Below are positions 24,461 through 28,929 of a stretch of DNA of 28,929 bases, piece by piece; positions within the stretch are counted from its first letter, which is position 1, and the number at the start of each line of letters is the position of its first letter. A model generated the notes under the pieces. That model saw only the letters and a program-made list of their open reading frames with translations, was not told where the DNA came from and did no database searches. Origin of the DNA: a bacterium (lineage in GTDB: Bacteria; Eisenbacteria; RBG-16-71-46); assembly GCA_043779265.1 (NCBI GenBank), contig JAYWEM010000028.1, positions 1-28,929 on the forward strand, read 5' to 3'. A program made the translations under genes and the position numbers.

Positions 24461-26299
24461 ATGGATCGTCGCACACTGATCGCGATGTTCGTGATCCTGC
24501 TGCTCTTCGTCGGATTCGAGATCGGCCGCCAGCGGGAATCGGCCAACCAGCCCCCGCCTGACGCGGATTCCCTGGCGACGCTCATCGACAGTACCGGCGC
24601 ACCGCCCGCGCCAGCCTCCACCACGCCGTCGGCGATCTCACCGGCCGCAGCCGGAGCGCTGGGTTCGGCAGCGATCGAGGCGGTTGGTTCCGTGCCTGCG
24701 ATCCCGGAGCGCGAGATCGTGATCGAGACGCCGAACTATCGCGCCACGTTCAGCAACCGCGGGGCGCGTCTGGTGGAGTTCGAACTCAAGCGTTTCGCCG
24801 CCGAGCGCGGGGTGAGCGGATACGGCAAGAACCCCGGCGACCGGCCGAAGCGCGGTGAGGAAGTGCCCTCGGGCGACCGCGTTCTGCTCTCGGGAACCCC
24901 GACGTTCGCGCTCGATATGGGGTCCGGCATGAGTCGCCGCGATTTGGACCAGCTGGTCTACGCGGTCGAGGAGAGCACCGATGCCTCCGGCGCCGTGCGC
25001 CGTGTCACGTTCACTGGCCGCGACACGTCGGGCCTCGCGATCGAGCAGGTGTGGCGCGCGACGGACCACGACTACCTGCTGGCGCTCTCCGTGCGCGTGC
25101 CGAGCACGCCGGCGGCGTGGAGGCTGACCGACTACTCGCTGGTCACACGCACATGGCCGCTCCTCAACGAGTCGGATCCCGAGATGGATAAGCGCGCTCT
25201 GCGCGCGATCGGACTCGTGGGCAAGAACCTGCATCGTGACCATGCGCCGGGTCTGGTGGGCAAGGCCGAGAAGTCGCACGATGGCGTTGCGCGCTGGGCG
25301 GGAGTCCAGACGCACTATTTCTACGTGATCGTGGCCAGCCTCGGCCGCGAGGCCCGCGGCGCGGTCAGTGCGGGAGAGCGCCGCACGCTGACCGATGAGC
25401 AGATGGCCCGCATGCCCGAGGGCGCAGTGGCCGCGCAGGATGTCGCCGTCGGGACACTGGTGATGCCGCTGCCGGATGGGGCGGAAACGCACTCGTTCAG
25501 CATCTATCTCGGGCCGGGCGACTACTTCGCGCTGTCGAAGCTGTCCGAGCACCTGGGCGGTGGACTCGAGCTCCAGCGGGCAGTGGACATGGGCTGGAAC
25601 TGGATCGTCCCGGTCTCCAAGCTGCTGCTCCAGCTCCTGAACTGGCTCGACAGCCTGGTTCGCAATTTCGGCGTCGCCATCCTGCTGCTCGCCTCGGTCG
25701 TTCGACTGGCGCTGCACCCGCTCAACATGGCGAGCATGAAGTCGATGCGCGGACTGCAGAGGGTCCAGCCCGAGGTGGAGCGCATCCGCGACAAGTACAA
25801 GAACGATCAGCAGGCGATGAACACGGCCATCATGGCGCTCTACAAAGAGCACAAGGTGAATCCGGCGGGCGGCTGTGTGCCGATGCTCATGCAGATGCCG
25901 CTGTTCTTCGCGCTCTACGCCGTTCTGTTCAATGCGGTCGAGCTTCGCCAGGCTCCGTTCTGGGGATGGATCCATGACCTCTCGGCGCCCGACCTGCTGT
26001 TCCAGGCCGGCCCGCTGCCGATCCGGCTGCTGCCCATCCTGATGGCGGGTTCGGGACTCCTGTCGCAGTGGCTGACGCCGACGGATCCCAAGCAGGCGCC
26101 GATGATGTATCTGATGAATGTCGTGATGTTGGTGTTCTTCTACAATCTTCCGTCCGGTCTCGTCTTCTACTGGACGATCATGAACCTCTTCACCGCGCTG
26201 CAGCAGTGGCTGATCATGCGCGGTGATGGTGGGGTGCTGGTCGGCACCTCGCCTGCCGCTGTCCCTGTGATGGCGGGAGGCAAGCGCAAGCGCCGCTGA
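24461..26299 (+). CDS. yidC: Membrane protein insertase YidC
   Basis: MDRRTLIA TM1, FSNRGA, NFGVAI, SMKSM, NPAGGCVPMLMQMP, ELRQAPF..WIHDLSAPD, PSGLVFYW. Confidence 0.97.
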   Translation: MDRRTLIAMFVILLLFVGFEIGRQRESANQPPPDADSLATLIDSTGAPPAPASTTPSAISPAAAGALGSAAIEAVGSVPAIPEREIVIETPNYRATFSNRGARLVEFELKRFAAERGVSGYGKNPGDRPKRGEEVPSGDRVLLSGTPTFALDMGSGMSRRDLDQLVYAVEESTDASGAVRRVTFTGRDTSGLAIEQVWRATDHDYLLALSVRVPSTPAAWRLTDYSLVTRTWPLLNESDPEMDKRALRAIGLVGKNLHRDHAPGLVGKAEKSHDGVARWAGVQTHYFYVIVASLGREARGAVSAGERRTLTDEQMARMPEGAVAAQDVAVGTLVMPLPDGAETHSFSIYLGPGDYFALSKLSEHLGGGLELQRAVDMGWNWIVPVSKLLLQLLNWLDSLVRNFGVAILLLASVVRLALHPLNMASMKSMRGLQRVQPEVERIRDKYKNDQQAMNTAIMALYKEHKVNPAGGCVPMLMQMPLFFALYAVLFNAVELRQAPFWGWIHDLSAPDLLFQAGPLPIRLLPILMAGSGLLSQWLTPTDPKQAPMMYLMNVVMLVFFYNLPSGLVFYWTIMNLFTALQQWLIMRGDGGVLVGTSPAAVPVMAGGKRKRR

Positions 26300-26524
26300 G
26301 TTGGACGCTGGCGAGACCCTTCACCGTGGCGGACGGGGCCACGGCTGAAGTCGCTGAATCCGTCATCGAGTAGCAACCGTCCCCGCGCCGTTGATGCGCG
26401 CCGGCGGCTCGAAGCGCCCCGTGGGTGCGTCGAGCGCTGCGCAGCACCGAAGCGCGAACGGATCACCATCAACGTCTGCGCGGCGCGCGTGAGCGCGCGC
26501 TGACGCGGCGACAAGAGGCATCAC

Positions 26525-28054
26525 ATGGCAAAATCGGGATCGGTTTTCGAAGGCAAGACATTCGAGGAGGCGGTTCAGCGCGGGCTCGATGATCTGCGGA
26601 TGTCGCGGGCCGAGGTCGTGATCACGCTGATCGAAGAGGGCAAGGGCGGTTTCCTCGGATTCGGCTCCAAGCCGTTCCGGGTCAGCGTGCTCCGTCGTCC
26701 GGGCGGAGCGATCCGCGAACCCGAGCAGCGTGAGGAGCGACGCGTGAAGCCGACGCGTGGCGGGGATCGCGATCGTGGTGGCCGCAGCAGTGGTCGTGGC
26801 CCGCGCGAGGAGCGCAAGGAGTCCGCCGGCCGCGATCGCGGCGAGCGTGGCGGCCGTCGCGACAAGCGCGATGACCGCGGTGGCGAGCGCCCGGACAAGC
26901 CGCAGGACGAGCCGGTCGAGACCGCTGCGAGTGGCGAGCGTTCGGAGCGTGGAGAGCGCGGAGAGCGTTCGGAGCGTGGCGAGCGTTCGAGTCGTCGTCG
27001 TGACGGTCGCGAGGGTCGTGAGCCGCGTGAGGAGCGTCGCCCGCGCCCTGCCGCCGAGGTTGCACCTGCCGACGCTCCGCCGCCCGCGGTGGCAGTGCCT
27101 GCACGCACGCCGGTCGCCGCTTCAGCCGATGAAGACGGGGATGATGATGCGAGCCGTCGCCGCCGTCGTCGTGGTCGCCGTGGTGGTCGTGGTCGTCGCC
27201 GTGGCGAGCGTCCGGAGGGTTCGTCGGCTGCTGCCGAGCTGAACGGTTCGCAGACGCATGAGACGGAGGAAGATGACTTCGAGGACGCGGTCGCGGTGCC
27301 AGTGGTTGCGGTCGCCGCCGTCCAGACGTCCCCTGCGCCTGCGGTCGTGCCGCCGTCGTCGCCGGAGCCGGTGATGACCCGCGCGTCCGCCGAGGAGTCG
27401 GACCGCGAGCCGGTCGGTGCCGCATCGAGCGCTTCAGGCTCGGAGTTCGGCGATCGTCCGGATCGTGGCAGTCGTGGCCGCGGCGGTCGTGGTGAGCGCG
27501 GCGATCGTGGCGGGCGCCGGGACCGGCCCGAGCGTACCGCGAGCTACTCGACGCCCGAGCTGACGGCTGTCGAGTTGGAGACACAGGCCAAGCAGCTGAC
27601 CGACGACCTGCTGCGCGCCATGGGCTTCGAGCCCACGGTCAGCGCGAAGGCGGACGGGACGCGTGTCGAGGTGACGGTCGAGGTGACCGAGGACGATGAG
27701 CTCCTGACCGGTCATCGCGGCGAGGTGCGGCAGGCGCTCCAGCAGCTGCTCAATCGCTACGTGAATCGCGGCGAGGGTAATCGCTACCACTTGCAGCTCG
27801 AGGTCAACGACTTCTGGCAGCGTCGCGAGGACGAGCTGACCGAGCTCGCCCGCTCGTTCGCCGCGGAGGCGCTCGAGAAGCAGGTCGAGGTCGTCACCGA
27901 CTACCTCAACTCCCAGGAGCGACGCATCGTCCATGTGACGCTCAAGGAGGACGCTCGCGTGCGCACGTTCGCGCTGGGGACGGGCATGATCAAACGAGTG
28001 GCCATCGCCCCGGCGAGTTTCCCTGAACGTTCGGGAGACGAGCACGAGGACTGA
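26525..28054 (+). CDS. jag: Jag/KhpB (EloR) RNA-binding protein: Jag_N, long disordered linker, KH, R3H
   Basis: [23 protein letters not shown] (Jag_N), [13 protein letters not shown] (KH), [10 protein letters not shown] (R3H); located between yidC and mnmE. Confidence 0.9.
   Translation: MAKSGSVFEGKTFEEAVQRGLDDLRMSRAEVVITLIEEGKGGFLGFGSKPFRVSVLRRPGGAIREPEQREERRVKPTRGGDRDRGGRSSGRGPREERKESAGRDRGERGGRRDKRDDRGGERPDKPQDEPVETAASGERSERGERGERSERGERSSRRRDGREGREPREERRPRPAAEVAPADAPPPAVAVPARTPVAASADEDGDDDASRRRRRRGRRGGRGRRRGERPEGSSAAAELNGSQTHETEEDDFEDAVAVPVVAVAAVQTSPAPAVVPPSSPEPVMTRASAEESDREPVGAASSASGSEFGDRPDRGSRGRGGRGERGDRGGRRDRPERTASYSTPELTAVELETQAKQLTDDLLRAMGFEPTVSAKADGTRVEVTVEVTEDDELLTGHRGEVRQALQQLLNRYVNRGEGNRYHLQLEVNDFWQRREDELTELARSFAAEALEKQVEVVTDYLNSQERRIVHVTLKEDARVRTFALGTGMIKRVAIAPASFPERSGDEHED
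26936..26989 (+). repeat. Six tandem 9-bp units GAGCG(T/C)NNN encoding ERS/ERG
   Basis: gagcgttcg gagcgtgga gagcgcgga gagcgttcg gagcgtggc gagcgttcg. Confidence 0.8.
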
Positions 28055-28080
28055 TCCGCGAGCCAACATCGCCTCTCAGT

Positions 28081-28118
28081 CGCCGGGCTCGCCTCCAACG
28101 AGCCCGGCGCGCTTCTTT
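28081..28118 (+). terminator. Terminator-like hairpin between jag and mnmE
   Basis: CGCCGGGCTCG-cctccaa-CGAGCCCGGCG perfect 11-bp stem followed by CGCTTCTTT. Confidence 0.65.
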
Positions 28119-28128
28119 CGGAGCCGTC

Positions 28129-28929
28129 ATGCCACTGCCTTCACTCGATGACACGATCGCCGCCATCGCGACCGCCCCGGGCGCCGCGGGGCTGGCCGTC
28201 GTGCGCGTCAGTGGGGCCGAGGCGCTCGCCTTCGCCGATCGAGTGTTCGAGGGTGCTCCGCTCGTTTCGGCGCTGGGCCATACGCTGCACCACGGCTGGG
28301 CGAAATGGCCGGCGCCCGGTGCCGAGGGGTTGAGACTCGACGAAGTGGTGGCGGCTGTGTTCCGAGCCCCTCGCAGCTACACACGAGAGGACGTCGTCGA
28401 GTTCTCCTGCCATGGCGGTTCCGTGCCGGCGCGCCGCGTGCTCGATGCGCTGCTCACTGCGGGCGCTCGCCTGGCGGGACCGGGCGAGTTCACGCTGCGG
28501 GCTTTCTTGCACGGGCGCCTCGATCTGGCCCAGGCCGAGGCGGTGGCCGATGTGATCCACGCCGAGACCGAAGCCGCACACGAGCTGGCGCTCGGGCAGC
28601 TCGCCGGTGCACTGTCGCGACGCCTCGCGGCACTCGCCGACCGCACGACCGATGCGCTCGCCGAGGTCGAAGCGCGCGTCGATTTCGCCGAGGATGTGGG
28701 CGGCATCGAAGTGCCGCCGCACGTGGTCGAGCTCATCGAAGCAGTGCACGGGGAGCTGGCGGAGATGCTCGCGAGCGCGGCGTGGGGACGCGCGGTGCGC
28801 GACGGCGTGCGCGTGCCGCTGGTGGGCCGGCCCAACGTGGGGAAGTCGTCGCTGTTCAACGCTCTGATCGGCGAGGAACGGGCGATCGTCACCGCACTCC
28901 CCGGCACCACCCGCGATCGCGTGACCGAA
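28129..28929 (+). CDS. mnmE: tRNA modification GTPase MnmE, N-terminal part; runs off the window edge
   Basis: [81 protein letters not shown]. Confidence 0.97.
   Translation, partial: MPLPSLDDTIAAIATAPGAAGLAVVRVSGAEALAFADRVFEGAPLVSALGHTLHHGWAKWPAPGAEGLRLDEVVAAVFRAPRSYTREDVVEFSCHGGSVPARRVLDALLTAGARLAGPGEFTLRAFLHGRLDLAQAEAVADVIHAETEAAHELALGQLAGALSRRLAALADRTTDALAEVEARVDFAEDVGGIEVPPHVVELIEAVHGELAEMLASAAWGRAVRDGVRVPLVGRPNVGKSSLFNALIGEERAIVTALPGTTRDRVTE

Noticed and set aside
26350..26366. CGCTGAATCC resembling the c-di-AMP (ydaO) riboswitch 5' motif
   Set aside because: The following conserved elements (GNRA-capped stem, GGGGxACC, downstream helices) are not recognisable.
26930..27210. Short repeats as a CRISPR or mobile-element signature
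   Set aside because: They are in-frame codon repeats of a low-complexity protein linker with no spacers. No cas, transposase or integrase gene was seen in the window.
28141..28910. Minus-strand ORFs 28141..28749 and 28377..28910
   Set aside because: They are antisense to mnmE, which is absent from the track only because it lacks a stop within the window.

Overview
High-GC bacterial chromosomal window. The secreted proteins ending in (S/T)WGxIKxLYR suggest, from recollection only, a Ca. Eisenbacteria/Latescibacterota-type lineage. The left part is mostly minus strand: partial GH13 alpha-amylase, monofunctional peptidoglycan transglycosylase, SDR epimerase, a probable 6S-like RNA, and a coupled run of small Zn-ribbon gene, two paralogous secreted proteins and queE-queC-queD. 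Next come a CoA-binding protein, a lone receiver domain and a UbiG-like methyltransferase. Two paralogous secreted proteins sharing a C-terminal WGxIKxLYR tail follow, lying downstream of sigma54-like and sigma70-like promoters and a GT-C/esterase/ABC-transporter operon. The middle is a convergent signalling block (GAF histidine kinase, ECF sigma, FecR-type anti-sigma versus HEAT-repeat and degenerate HD-GYP genes), with the same sigma28-like motif in front of both arms. The right part is the conserved rpmH-rnpA-yidD-yidC-jag-mnmE operon, without the usual divergent dnaA. The best novelty candidates are the putative WGxIKxLYR C-terminal sorting/glycosylation system and the sigma28-like bracketed signalling block. 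All family calls come from motif recognition by eye; no database searches were run.
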